From TPA_inf: Saccharomyces (Eukaryota): DNA of 64,000 bases. The notes under the pieces are model-generated. The model searched no databases. It worked only from the letters and a program-made list of their open reading frames with translations, and was not told the origin of the DNA. The stretch is taken from positions 96,001 to 160,000 of the forward strand of contig BK006946.2 in assembly GCA_000146045.2 (NCBI GenBank). Reading direction: 5' to 3'. Every line of letters begins with the position of its first letter. Position 1 is the first letter of the stretch. A program made the position numbers and the translations under genes. Positions 44,424 through 55,870 of the stretch are shown here, piece by piece.

Positions 44424-45533
44424 TTACTTCTCCATCAAGTCTGGAGAAGGGGAGTTAGATGTGTCTTCTGTATACTTATCAGACTTTTTGGGCTTAGCTT
44501 TGTAATGATTTGCTGCAAGAAATGCGAGTACCAATAGGACCCACTGGATGGCATACCTGGCGAGCCCCATAATGAACCCACTTCCCACGTTTACTTTTAA
44601 CAGTTCCCAGCCTGTAGTGTGTACAGCAGCGTTGTCAGATCCTACGTCTGTTACCTCTTCAGGTTCTAATGTTTTCAGTGCAATCAAATATACGATGTTA
44701 CATAATATTGTCAATGTAGCAATAACAACTAATATTGAACTTGATGACTTCAAAAGCATAGGAAATAAGCGGTGTCGTTTCCCAACACTAAGTGCTCCCC
44801 CAAAGGCTGACACTACGCAGATACTGAGGAATCCGACTATTATTTCCAACACTGCAAAGTAAAAAACCATGCCGTTGAACATCATCAGTATAAATGCCAG
44901 GTTGACGCCTTTCAGATAGTTTTTTGTTGGTGACACGCCTTTTACATTTGGATCAGGACTGCCAATCAAAGCCTTTGATAGGGCATTTCCTGTGTGCTTG
45001 TCGTGTTTCAAAAAATCACGAATAGATGTCAATGCCAAACGGTAGGTCAATACGAGAGAGTCTCCGAATTTTTTGGTTTCATTCGATCGTGTAGTGGAAA
45101 TGTTACCTAATTGAATCCCGACGTCTCTGACAAGTACTTCAAGTACGTCCATGCCATAATTCTCATTAGAGGTACAATAAACTTTGCTTTTATTACTCCG
45201 TTTACAAAATCCAAAATAATTGAGCTCAAAAACCTTATCAGGCTGAAATGTGTCCACCAAATTTTCATCCTCATACACACTTGGATCAGTGAATTCATTC
45301 GACCAACCCATGTCAATTGTCAGGTACGAAATCAATCGCAGAAATTCTCTTACACTTGCAATAAACTCATTTGCAGTACTGGATCCTCCAATCACAGTTA
45401 TAGTAAACTGTGGAGCGCATAACCTAAGTCCCTTAGAGTTCGTACATGTTGTGGCTGGCAGGTAGAGGACAAATTGTGATAAACTTAAAATCAATAGAAC
45501 ACCCCACACAATCAGACGTTTAGGGAATAACAT
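44424..45533 (-). CDS. SMA2: multi-pass membrane protein for spore (prospore membrane) assembly, 369 aa
   Basis: 369-aa ORF with several hydrophobic segments. Position and length match YML066C. Confidence 0.7.
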   Translation of the reverse strand: MLFPKRLIVWGVLLILSLSQFVLYLPATTCTNSKGLRLCAPQFTITVIGGSSTANEFIASVREFLRLISYLTIDMGWSNEFTDPSVYEDENLVDTFQPDKVFELNYFGFCKRSNKSKVYCTSNENYGMDVLEVLVRDVGIQLGNISTTRSNETKKFGDSLVLTYRLALTSIRDFLKHDKHTGNALSKALIGSPDPNVKGVSPTKNYLKGVNLAFILMMFNGMVFYFAVLEIIVGFLSICVVSAFGGALSVGKRHRLFPMLLKSSSSILVVIATLTILCNIVYLIALKTLEPEEVTDVGSDNAAVHTTGWELLKVNVGSGFIMGLARYAIQWVLLVLAFLAANHYKAKPKKSDKYTEDTSNSPSPDLMEK

Positions 45534-46209
45534 GCTCGCCCTTTTATATTATGACAGAAAGAATATATATATTCATATATAACATGCTTCTATTTATTAG
45601 TTTTATCTTTTAATTGATGGATGTGTCCATAGAATTTAAGTAAGTGCATGGTATGGAGTGTATAATGGTTTATAATTTCCCCTAAGATGACACAAAAAAA
45701 TGTTCTCCCAAAAATTTACCAAGAAAAAAAATTAAGAATACTACACAATTGATGCTTGGGTTATTTTAAATATCCGGTACATTCTATTACAAATATGTTT
45801 GTACAATGTAAGCCCCTTCATAATGGTCAGTATTAAGATAAGGACTGCTATGGGGCATTTTTTGTCTTACTGGGTATCACAGGATAATAACTTGGCGCCA
45901 AATTAGAAAAGATATAAACCTCAAATATTTGAAATTCTTTGGTGACCTGTCTCATCGTTATATCAACAAATATTGCACCAACGAACACCACTACATATGT
46001 AACTACTCTCTTCCTCGACTTATTTTTTATTAACGTTGACACGGCCAGATCGAAAATCATAGAAAAACAACAACATTGAGAAGAGATGAAGTTGCGCAAA
46101 GGGAAAGAAAACTGCATAGGCGGCAAATTCAGCCTAAAAGTTTCCAGAAGCAGGAACTCATTCCCTATTGATTAATACTCATTACAAAAACCACAATAGA
46201 GTAGATAAG

Positions 46210-48954
46210 ATGGCAAAAACGTTGAAGGATTTACAGGGTTGGGAGATAATAACAACTGATGAGCAGGGAAATATAATCGATGGAGGTCAGAAGAGATTAC
46301 GCCGAAGAGGTGCAAAAACTGAACATTACTTAAAGAGAAGTTCTGATGGAATTAAACTAGGTCGTGGTGATAGTGTAGTCATGCACAACGAAGCCGCTGG
46401 GACTTACTCCGTTTATATGATCCAGGAGTTGAGACTTAATACATTAAATAATGTTGTCGAACTCTGGGCTCTCACCTATTTACGATGGTTTGAAGTCAAT
46501 CCTTTAGCTCATTATAGGCAGTTTAATCCTGACGCTAACATTTTGAATCGTCCTTTAAATTATTACAATAAACTGTTTTCTGAAACTGCAAATAAAAATG
46601 AACTGTATCTCACTGCAGAATTAGCCGAATTGCAGCTATTTAACTTTATCAGGGTTGCCAACGTAATGGATGGAAGCAAATGGGAAGTATTGAAAGGAAA
46701 TGTCGATCCAGAAAGAGACTTTACAGTTCGTTATATTTGTGAGCCGACTGGGGAGAAATTTGTGGACATTAATATTGAGGATGTCAAAGCTTACATAAAG
46801 AAAGTGGAGCCAAGGGAAGCCCAGGAATATTTGAAAGATTTAACACTTCCATCAAAGAAGAAAGAGATCAAAAGAGGTCCTCAAAAGAAAGATAAGGCTA
46901 CTCAAACGGCACAAATTTCAGACGCAGAAACAAGAGCTACAGATATAACGGATAATGAGGACGGTAATGAAGATGAATCATCTGATTATGAAAGTCCGTC
47001 AGATATCGACGTTAGCGAGGATATGGACAGCGGTGAAATATCCGCAGATGAGCTTGAGGAAGAAGAAGACGAAGAAGAAGACGAAGACGAAGAAGAGAAA
47101 GAAGCTAGGCATACAAATTCACCAAGGAAAAGAGGCCGTAAGATAAAACTAGGTAAAGATGATATTGACGCTTCTGTACAACCTCCCCCCAAAAAAAGAG
47201 GTCGTAAACCTAAAGATCCTAGTAAACCGCGTCAGATGCTATTGATATCTTCATGCCGTGCAAATAATACTCCTGTGATTAGGAAATTTACAAAAAAGAA
47301 TGTTGCTAGGGCGAAAAAGAAATATACCCCGTTTTCGAAAAGATTTAAATCTATAGCTGCAATACCAGATTTAACTTCATTACCTGAATTTTACGGAAAT
47401 TCTTCGGAATTGATGGCATCAAGGTTTGAAAACAAATTAAAAACAACCCAAAAGCATCAGATTGTAGAAACAATTTTTTCTAAAGTCAAAAAACAGTTGA
47501 ACTCTTCGTATGTCAAAGAAGAAATATTGAAGTCTGCAAATTTCCAAGATTATTTACCGGCTAGGGAGAATGAATTCGCCTCAATTTATTTAAGTGCATA
47601 TAGTGCCATTGAGTCCGACTCCGCTACTACTATATACGTGGCTGGTACGCCTGGTGTAGGGAAAACTTTAACCGTAAGGGAAGTCGTAAAGGAACTACTA
47701 TCGTCTTCTGCACAACGAGAAATACCAGACTTTCTTTATGTGGAAATAAATGGATTGAAAATGGTAAAACCCACAGACTGTTACGAAACTTTATGGAACA
47801 AAGTGTCAGGAGAAAGGTTAACATGGGCAGCTTCAATGGAGTCACTAGAGTTTTACTTTAAAAGAGTTCCAAAAAATAAGAAGAAAACCATTGTAGTCTT
47901 GTTGGACGAACTCGATGCCATGGTAACGAAATCTCAAGATATTATGTACAATTTTTTCAATTGGACTACTTACGAAAATGCCAAACTTATTGTCATTGCA
48001 GTAGCCAATACAATGGACTTACCAGAACGTCAGCTAGGCAATAAGATTACTTCAAGAATTGGGTTTACCAGAATTATGTTCACTGGGTATACGCACGAAG
48101 AGCTAAAAAATATCATTGATTTAAGACTGAAGGGGTTGAACGACTCATTTTTCTATGTTGATACAAAAACTGGCAATGCTATTTTGATTGATGCGGCTGG
48201 AAACGACACTACAGTTAAGCAAACGTTGCCTGAAGACGTGAGGAAAGTTCGCTTAAGAATGAGTGCTGATGCCATTGAAATAGCTTCGAGAAAAGTAGCA
48301 AGTGTTAGTGGTGATGCAAGAAGAGCATTGAAGGTTTGTAAAAGAGCAGCTGAAATTGCTGAAAAACACTATATGGCTAAGCATGGTTATGGATATGATG
48401 GAAAGACGGTTATTGAAGATGAAAATGAGGAGCAAATATACGATGATGAAGACAAGGATCTTATTGAAAGTAACAAAGCCAAAGACGATAATGATGACGA
48501 TGATGACAATGATGGGGTACAAACAGTTCACATCACGCACGTTATGAAAGCCTTAAACGAAACTTTAAATTCTCATGTAATTACGTTTATGACGCGACTT
48601 TCATTTACAGCAAAACTGTTTATTTATGCATTATTAAACTTGATGAAAAAGAACGGATCTCAAGAGCAAGAACTGGGCGATATTGTCGATGAAATCAAGT
48701 TACTTATTGAAGTAAATGGCAGTAATAAGTTTGTCATGGAGATAGCCAAAACATTGTTCCAACAGGGAAGTGATAATATTTCTGAACAATTGAGAATTAT
48801 ATCATGGGATTTCGTTCTCAATCAGTTACTTGACGCGGGAATATTGTTTAAACAAACTATGAAGAACGATAGAATATGTTGTGTCAAGCTAAATATATCA
48901 GTAGAAGAAGCCAAAAGAGCCATGAATGAGGATGAGACATTGAGAAATTTATAG
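46210..48954 (+). CDS. ORC1: origin recognition complex subunit 1 (BAH domain plus AAA+ ATPase), 914 aa
   Basis: True ATG at 46210 (MAKTLKDLQGWEIITTDEQGN...) with an N-terminal BAH domain, an acidic stretch, a Walker A motif (GTPGVGKT) and a Walker B motif (VVLLDELD). 914 aa (YML065W). Confidence 0.95.
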   Translation: MAKTLKDLQGWEIITTDEQGNIIDGGQKRLRRRGAKTEHYLKRSSDGIKLGRGDSVVMHNEAAGTYSVYMIQELRLNTLNNVVELWALTYLRWFEVNPLAHYRQFNPDANILNRPLNYYNKLFSETANKNELYLTAELAELQLFNFIRVANVMDGSKWEVLKGNVDPERDFTVRYICEPTGEKFVDINIEDVKAYIKKVEPREAQEYLKDLTLPSKKKEIKRGPQKKDKATQTAQISDAETRATDITDNEDGNEDESSDYESPSDIDVSEDMDSGEISADELEEEEDEEEDEDEEEKEARHTNSPRKRGRKIKLGKDDIDASVQPPPKKRGRKPKDPSKPRQMLLISSCRANNTPVIRKFTKKNVARAKKKYTPFSKRFKSIAAIPDLTSLPEFYGNSSELMASRFENKLKTTQKHQIVETIFSKVKKQLNSSYVKEEILKSANFQDYLPARENEFASIYLSAYSAIESDSATTIYVAGTPGVGKTLTVREVVKELLSSSAQREIPDFLYVEINGLKMVKPTDCYETLWNKVSGERLTWAASMESLEFYFKRVPKNKKKTIVVLLDELDAMVTKSQDIMYNFFNWTTYENAKLIVIAVANTMDLPERQLGNKITSRIGFTRIMFTGYTHEELKNIIDLRLKGLNDSFFYVDTKTGNAILIDAAGNDTTVKQTLPEDVRKVRLRMSADAIEIASRKVASVSGDARRALKVCKRAAEIAEKHYMAKHGYGYDGKTVIEDENEEQIYDDEDKDLIESNKAKDDNDDDDDNDGVQTVHITHVMKALNETLNSHVITFMTRLSFTAKLFIYALLNLMKKNGSQEQELGDIVDEIKLLIEVNGSNKFVMEIAKTLFQQGSDNISEQLRIISWDFVLNQLLDAGILFKQTMKNDRICCVKLNISVEEAKRAMNEDETLRNL

Positions 48955-49138
48955 ATTCGGTTTTTATTATTCATGACCTAGCATACACATACATATACCT
49001 ACATAGTAGCGCATTTATCCAAAACATACGATATTGTGGATGTACATACCTTCTATATCTCCTTAAAGCTATTGTGTAGCTTGATTTAAAATATGCTAAC
49101 GCCAACTCTCACATGGTAGCAGGCGGGTATAGTTGTTT

Positions 49139-49876
49139 TCATGTATTAACGCCCGGCGATGGTGCCTTAGATGAGGGCGACGAGGAGGGCTTCCTGATAT
49201 TATGGCTCTTTCTATCCTGACTTTTGTTATGATGTCGATGTTGCTGGCCACCTAGGTGCTTATATATCAAAAGAGGATCGCCGATTTCATTGATTTCTGG
49301 GATGGTTAATGTCAAATTAAAGATCTTTGCCAGTGCAATTTTGAAAATTTTTTGAATGTTTATAGATTTGGCAGTAGAGCAGAATATAAGAGGAGCATTC
49401 ATGACCTGTGCATACTTCATACTCGTTCTCGAGATTTGTTCCTGATATTCCGGGTCTAAGTCTATTAGTAAATCGTACTTTGTGCCCACCAAAATAGGAA
49501 TTGCCGAATCATTTAGCCCGTACGCCTGCCTATACCACTCCTTTATTGAACTCAACGTCTCTGGACGTGTCAGGTCAAACAGAAATATGATCACTGAAGA
49601 CCCTACCGTCGCAATTGGGAGCATGTTGATGAATTCTCTTTGTCCGCCTAAATCCATTATAGAAAATATAATATCCGTGGAGCGTATGCTTACTTTTCTT
49701 TTCAAAAAGTTCACTCCCAGCGTCTGTGTGTATTCCTTATCGTATATGTTCTGTACGTACTTCACCATCAGCGATGTTTTCCCTACTTGTGCATCCCCTA
49801 CTAATCCAACCTGAACTTCAACCTGATTTCGTACCGCAGGTATAGAATTGTTTGCTCCCGTGCTTGGTGTAGCCAT
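49139..49876 (-). CDS. TEM1: Ras-family GTPase of the mitotic exit network, 245 aa
   Basis: GTPase G-box motifs: GDAQVGKTS (P-loop), DLGGQ (switch II) and GTKYDL (NKxD-like). 245 aa (YML064C). Confidence 0.9.
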
Positions 49877-50083
49877 CTTAGCTTAACTCAATTTAATTTC
49901 TACAGCAAAATCCAAACGTAATATCTATATTTTTCTCGAAAAACTGAGGACAAGAGCCAATCAATCATCTATAATCCAATTTATATTATTTTTTCCCTTC
50001 TGGGTTCTTTTCTTCCTTTTCTTGTTTACCTTTTTTGCTTTTTCATAAAATAATTTCTCTAGATTTGAAGACAGCATTTTTGT

Positions 50084-50126
50084 ACATCCATACACCATAC
50101 ACCATACACCATAGCACCAGTACACT
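50084..50126 (+). promoter_or_regulatory. telomere-like Rap1 site cluster about 360-400 bp upstream of the RPS1B ATG
   Basis: acatccatacaccatacaccatacaccatagcaccagtacac: tandem CCATACA heptamers matching the Rap1 core ACACCCATACA, typical of RP gene UAS elements. Confidence 0.55.
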
Positions 50127-50481
50127 ATATTTTTATGAATTTTACTAAGAATTATTCCTGCAGGAGCTCCACTGAAAAAAAAAGAGCAGCATGGATGTCC
50201 GGTAGAAGTGCTACTGAGTAAATGGGAAGGACGCGGTAGATCCAGTGTGGAATCAAGGTGGTGCCGGTGTGAAGCCGCCTCGGCCGGCTGGACTCTCCAG
50301 GCCGGAGTGATGATTGCCACGCTGAACGTAACACAGTTTCACAATACCAGTGTCCTCATTAGTGAGTTCCAATGTATAGTTAGTAGTGGTATTTTGATAT
50401 ATGTGAGTGGTAGCAGATTTGAACTTAGTTAGTTGTATTCGCCTTTGAGGAAACCAAGCAAAAAACCGATCTAGACTAATC

Positions 50482-51249
50482 ATGGCTGTTGGTAAGAATA
50501 AGAGACTATCCAGAGGTAAGAAGGGTTTGAAGAAGAAGGTCGTTGACCCATTTACCAGAAAGGAATGGTTCGATATTAAAGCCCCATCCACTTTTGAAAA
50601 CAGAAATGTTGGTAAGACTTTAGTTAACAAGTCCACTGGTTTGAAGAATGCTTCCGATGCTTTGAAGGGTAGAGTTGTCGAAGTTTGTTTGGCTGACTTG
50701 CAAGGTTCTGAAGACCATTCTTTCAGAAAGGTCAAGTTGAGAGTCGATGAAGTTCAAGGTAAGAACTTGTTGACCAACTTCCACGGTATGGACTTCACTA
50801 CCGACAAATTGAGATCAATGGTCAGAAAATGGCAAACTTTGATCGAAGCTAATGTTACCGTTAAGACTTCCGATGATTACGTTTTGAGAATCTTTGCTAT
50901 TGCCTTCACCAGAAAGCAAGCTAACCAAGTTAAGAGACACTCTTACGCTCAATCTTCCCACATCAGAGCTATCAGAAAAGTTATTTCTGAAATCTTGACC
51001 AGAGAAGTTCAAAACTCTACTTTGGCTCAATTGACCTCCAAATTGATTCCAGAAGTTATCAACAAGGAAATCGAAAATGCTACCAAGGACATCTTCCCAC
51101 TACAAAACATCCACGTTAGAAAGGTTAAGTTATTGAAACAACCAAAGTTCGACGTTGGTGCTTTGATGGCTTTGCATGGTGAAGGTTCCGGTGAAGAAAA
51201 GGGTAAGAAGGTTTCTGGTTTCAAGGATGAAGTCTTGGAAACTGTGTAA
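50482..51249 (+). CDS. RPS1B: ribosomal protein S1 (eS1/S3a), 255 aa
   Basis: [38 protein letters not shown]... highly conserved eS1. 255 aa (YML063W). Confidence 0.95.
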   Translation: MAVGKNKRLSRGKKGLKKKVVDPFTRKEWFDIKAPSTFENRNVGKTLVNKSTGLKNASDALKGRVVEVCLADLQGSEDHSFRKVKLRVDEVQGKNLLTNFHGMDFTTDKLRSMVRKWQTLIEANVTVKTSDDYVLRIFAIAFTRKQANQVKRHSYAQSSHIRAIRKVISEILTREVQNSTLAQLTSKLIPEVINKEIENATKDIFPLQNIHVRKVKLLKQPKFDVGALMALHGEGSGEEKGKKVSGFKDEVLETV

Positions 51250-51504
51250 ACAAAATAAATATAAATTATAAGATTTGACATGTACACAATTTATTAATAT
51301 GTTTTCTCTTTATTATTAATATAATTAATTATTACTAAAAAAAAGAAGGTGACGCACCATACAGAACTTGCTCTTTTGTCCAATACTGTCTTTTTATGGT
51401 TGTTATTTTTTACGTTACCGATTTCGGTTTCTATTGAACTGTAATAACTTGCCTATGTGTCTATATGCCTTTTCTATTTAGTAAGAGCTATGCATTATAC
51501 GTGG

Positions 51505-52683
51505 TCATTTTACTTCTTCAACAGAGGAAGACGCACTAAAATCGCTTGTAGTGCCTCCAAGTTTCCTGCTTGAGTGATCGCTATCTGCCTCCTCTGCGTC
51601 ATTAACCGCATCTGGCTCTTCTATCACTCCAGTTTCTTTGTCTGTTTCCTCATTATTACCCTGGCGACTATTATCTTCTTGTTGACTGCTTTCCCCATCA
51701 ACTTCATTATCCTCTTTTATATCCTCAACGTCTACTTCCATATCATCTTCCTCTTCATTTTCTTCATCCTCCTGATCGTCATATTCATGATCGCTTTCCT
51801 CTTTTTCGTCCACATTTTCTATAGTATTCACTTCCACCATTGATCTCTGCCTTTTAAACCTCTCTTTTCTTTCCTCATCTTCATCCGATTCATAATCTTC
51901 ATCAATGTTATCTCCTTCTGCCTCATTGAGCAGGCCATCTCTCTTCAGAAGTTCTTCTTTGAATATTGATGTGATCTTGCCAAATATTTCTGCATCTCTT
52001 AGCCACTTCTCTTTGTAAGACGATACCTCCTGCCTTACGTTTTCTATATCCGATTTCATTGAGGCGTTGATACTTTCTAACTCTTTTGGGCCCTTAGAGA
52101 AATCGTCATAAATACGATATCTCTCCTCTGAACTATCCTTTTTCAGGCCCGGATCAACTAGTTTGAGATAATTCTTTTCAATTAAAAACTTGACCAGATC
52201 AGTGCCAAGTTCTTTCTCCCATTCCGCACGTGTCACCACAAGGCTGGTACGGCCTTCTGACAAGCCTTCCACCTCTCTGTTAATTACTTGGACAGAATCG
52301 TAAAGACCTTGTAGTTTTCCAATACGTAAAAGCAACTTGCTATGGATGCTCTTTATATCAGGCAATTTATCTTTGAGATTTTCCAGCTTGGCCAATGTCT
52401 CCTGTTGGCATGTTTCCCAATTTTCGTCTGCTACTTTCTTTGTGTCAATTGATGACTGCAGATCCAAAAATCGAAGATGAGCACTTTCTTTTAGTTGGGA
52501 GATATTTTGCTCAGTAAGTTTTTCAATCTTGCTATCATCATTGGATAATGTGCCATTTATAATGCTTCCTGTCAGCTTGGTTACTTTTCCTAAGATGTCT
52601 AAATATTTATTGAATGGAGTATCTACTTCACTGTAGTGCACTTTGGTTCTAACTTGGTCTATTTGTTTTTGTGACAGAGGCAT
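51505..52683 (-). CDS. MFT1: THO complex subunit (transcription elongation / mRNA export), 392 aa
   Basis: 392-aa ORF with a coiled-coil N-terminus and an extremely acidic C-terminal third. Position and length match YML062C. Confidence 0.75.
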   Translation of the reverse strand: MPLSQKQIDQVRTKVHYSEVDTPFNKYLDILGKVTKLTGSIINGTLSNDDSKIEKLTEQNISQLKESAHLRFLDLQSSIDTKKVADENWETCQQETLAKLENLKDKLPDIKSIHSKLLLRIGKLQGLYDSVQVINREVEGLSEGRTSLVVTRAEWEKELGTDLVKFLIEKNYLKLVDPGLKKDSSEERYRIYDDFSKGPKELESINASMKSDIENVRQEVSSYKEKWLRDAEIFGKITSIFKEELLKRDGLLNEAEGDNIDEDYESDEDEERKERFKRQRSMVEVNTIENVDEKEESDHEYDDQEDEENEEEDDMEVDVEDIKEDNEVDGESSQQEDNSRQGNNEETDKETGVIEEPDAVNDAEEADSDHSSRKLGGTTSDFSASSSVEEVK

Positions 52684-52952
52684 TGTGAGTTAGTCTCCTT
52701 TGGCTTTAGTTCTTTGATTCCTTTTTTACAGCCAGTTGTTGTATTTTACTTTAATTTAGATAATGTTTCACTTTTTTCTATCGAAGGAGGTTCACCAAAA
52801 TAATAGAATGAACAAAGCGCAAGAAAGAAAGATAAAAAGGTGTCAAAGAACCAATATCAAAATAAATACAGATAAAACCGCGGAACTATGTATCTCGGCC
52901 TTGATTATTATAGCAGTTTGTATTCTATATAACTATGTGTATTAATATGTAC

Positions 52953-55532
52953 TTATTCTAAGATGTGGTCTTCGGTATCCTGACCACGAGGTTCGTCGGA
53001 AACCAATGAATGAACTTGATTACTATTAGACTCTTTTTTCAACTGAAATCTCTTCCTACTGTGTCTTTGCAACATCGCTGCGATACCATTATTAGATTGT
53101 GTGGTCGCTGATATGGGTGCTGGAGAATTTGACTTTGACTTGGATTTAGCCTTATATTTAGGGCCTGGTGCGTAGTCTAACTTCCTTTTTTTCACTTGCT
53201 CATCTGCCTCAAGTTGCTTATAGGCACTTTCGGCTGAAGATAAAGTAAGATAAAAATCAATTACCTTTTGATGTGCTTTGATCCTAGTTCTGTCAAAATT
53301 TAACACCTGTAGTCCTTCTCTTGAAACAGCTCTAGAAAGGGCAACGTACGCCTGACCCTTTTCGAATACTCTACGTAAATCCACTTTAACTTTTGGAAGT
53401 GTCTGACCCTGAGATTTGTGAATGGATAGTGACCAGGCAAGCATTAGCGGTAATTGAACCCTTGATACCAGTGGCTTTTCATTTTCGTCTTCTATCGCCC
53501 AATCCTCCGGCTCGACAAGCACCATCCTCGTACTCATATCAGAAGCTTTGAATCTCACGAGAGGTAACCTTCGTTTTCCTGCAGAGTTTTGATGTATGGT
53601 CTGCATCAGTTGTTCCTTGCGTTTTATATTTTCCAGCACAACTTCGTCATCTGTCTTGACTCTCTTCATGAAGTCAAAAACTGAGGAATCTAGGGGAGAG
53701 ACCGGCTCACCTATATCACTCTTAGCAAATCCCTCCTTCACTGAAGATTTGCGACTAGCTACCGCACTTTCTTCCCCATCACTTTGCTCCCTCTCCATTG
53801 CAGCTTTTAGTTTTGAAGGGTTTTCTGCCCAAGTCTCGAGTTTTTCTGGAGGCATAGATGGATCGTTTGTTAGCGCCTCATAGCAAAAATATGTTTCTGG
53901 ATCCATGAATTCGATGACTTTACCAAGGGATCCATTAACTAATGTTGCGTCTAGATTTTTTACCATCATAACCTGAGCGCCAACTTTCAAATGTAATTCC
54001 TTTGGAGCTAAAAAATTTTGTAACAGCCTTTCCTTTAACTCTTCGTCTTCCAAAGCACCGCCATCGATTGCATTAAAAATATGCACCTGGCCTGGCAATT
54101 TACTTAGCCTTGAATTATTGGCCCTTTCTACTTCCATTCTGGTACTATAAAGTTCCGCGGGAATAATTTCATCGTCTGGCAATGGTCTAGAAAGCTTCTT
54201 GAACTCTCTTTCTGTTTCATCATCAATATTGCCTAGTCTCATCCGATTCAACATGTCAATGAACTTAACATCGCCTCGCTGTCTAAAAACCTTTTGTAGC
54301 ATAATCGTCATCTTTACACCTTCTTTCCAAGCCTTGGATTCGAAAGCAAACTTAGTTGGTCTATTAGGATCTTTTGATACTGGCGGTAACTGGAAAAAAT
54401 CGCCACAGAAGATGAGTTGAATTCCACCGAAGGGTTGATGATTTTTCCGTATTTTTCTAGCTATGAAATCGAGTTTATCAAGCAGTTCTGCGTCTAACAT
54501 TGATATTTCATCGACAACCAAAGCACCAATATTTTCCCAGCGCCTTAGGTGCTTTCGAGACCTACGAACTTTTTTATAGAGTTTATCCGCATCACCTTTT
54601 CCTAATCCTATACCAGCGAACGAGTGTATGGTTATACCACCGATATTACAAGCAGCTAAACCCGTGGAAGCAGTGACTGCAACATTCTCCCTACCATATA
54701 TGCCTTTTAAAACTTTTATCATTTCACGTAAAAGAATGGATTTACCGGTACCGGCACTCCCTGTATAAAAAATGTTGTGGCCATTTTCTGCCAACTTGAT
54801 GATACTTTCTTGTTCTTTGCTTAAGCAAATCGGTATCTTGACTTTCACACCATTATGGGGATTCAAGTTACTGTCATCTTGGTCATTCTGCAATTCAGTG
54901 AAGCTAGGTCTTTGCGTCAAAACAGCAATCTTTTCTCCAAATTGCATTTTCTTCTTTTCGTTTTCATTTATCATTTCCAAACTTCTCTCTTGAGATATAG
55001 AATTATTTTGAAGTTCATCAAAAGAACTTTCCTTTTTCAACGCTGGTCTTAATGGATTCTTGAATCCTGTCGATCTCGATTTTTTTTGACTGCTCTGGTC
55101 AAATGAGTTTTCAGAAATTAACTGCGGTGGTTGTATTATACTGGGTTTAAACATATCGTTCCAGGATAAAGGACTGTCTTTATTGATAAAATTCATGACA
55201 TTTTTATCCCTCATAGGCTTTTTGTCCACCGGGTCTTCTTTATGTATGTCAGTGATAATTTTCTTTTCTTGCTTCTCAGTTTCTAACTGTATGCAATCAG
55301 GTTCTTCCCAATCATCCGAATCAGAGAGCAAATCTAGGTCTTCTTTTGAAAGTATGGAAGGATGCTTCAATTGTGCTTGAATAAAGTTATTAGACCTGAA
55401 ACCACGACTACTCATAGAAAACGATAGTTTGGCGTGCGATACGTTTTTGAGTAAAAGAAAACTGTTGAAACTACAGATAAATGGCCTTCTTGGTATAATA
55501 TGATTCAATGTTGATCTTATCCACTTTGGCAT
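52953..55532 (-). CDS. PIF1: 5'->3' DNA helicase (Pif1 family, SF1B), 859 aa, with alternative start at Met40
   Basis: Walker A (GSAGTGKS) and Pif1-family helicase motifs. The N-terminal 39 aa ([39 protein letters not shown]) resemble a mitochondrial presequence and end at M40. 859 aa (YML061C). Confidence 0.95.
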
Positions 55533-55870
55533 GTAAAATTGATTGATACAAGTAAGCTAATCGCTCAATGGATAATATTACAAATAAAAATATCGAGGCA
55601 ATACCAGTATTTCAATGTCTGGCCAAATAAATAGTTTAGTACAGCAATTTGATTAACGTTAAAGTTACTCTCCTCTTTGAATAATGTCGTGGTTAAAAAG
55701 TAAAGTATTTGTTTATACATTAAGTGAAGAAAATTAAGACGCGCCTTTCTTAATGTAACGCCAAAAATTTTTAAGAGATGAGCTGAACAGCATCACAAAA
55801 CTACTATTTCCAGCGGAAGAAGGCATTTGAAGCGTCCTGATTCATAATTGCGATTTTATTTATCAACCAG

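Noticed and set aside
46986-47192. 68-aa poly-Ser minus-strand ORF inside ORC1
   Set aside because: Reverse complement of the ORC1 acidic (GAA/GAC)n stretch. Not a gene.
50253-50735. 160-aa minus-strand ORF overlapping the RPS1B start and promoter
   Set aside because: Antisense to a highly expressed ribosomal protein gene, low-complexity, with no recognisable domain. Typical dubious ORF.
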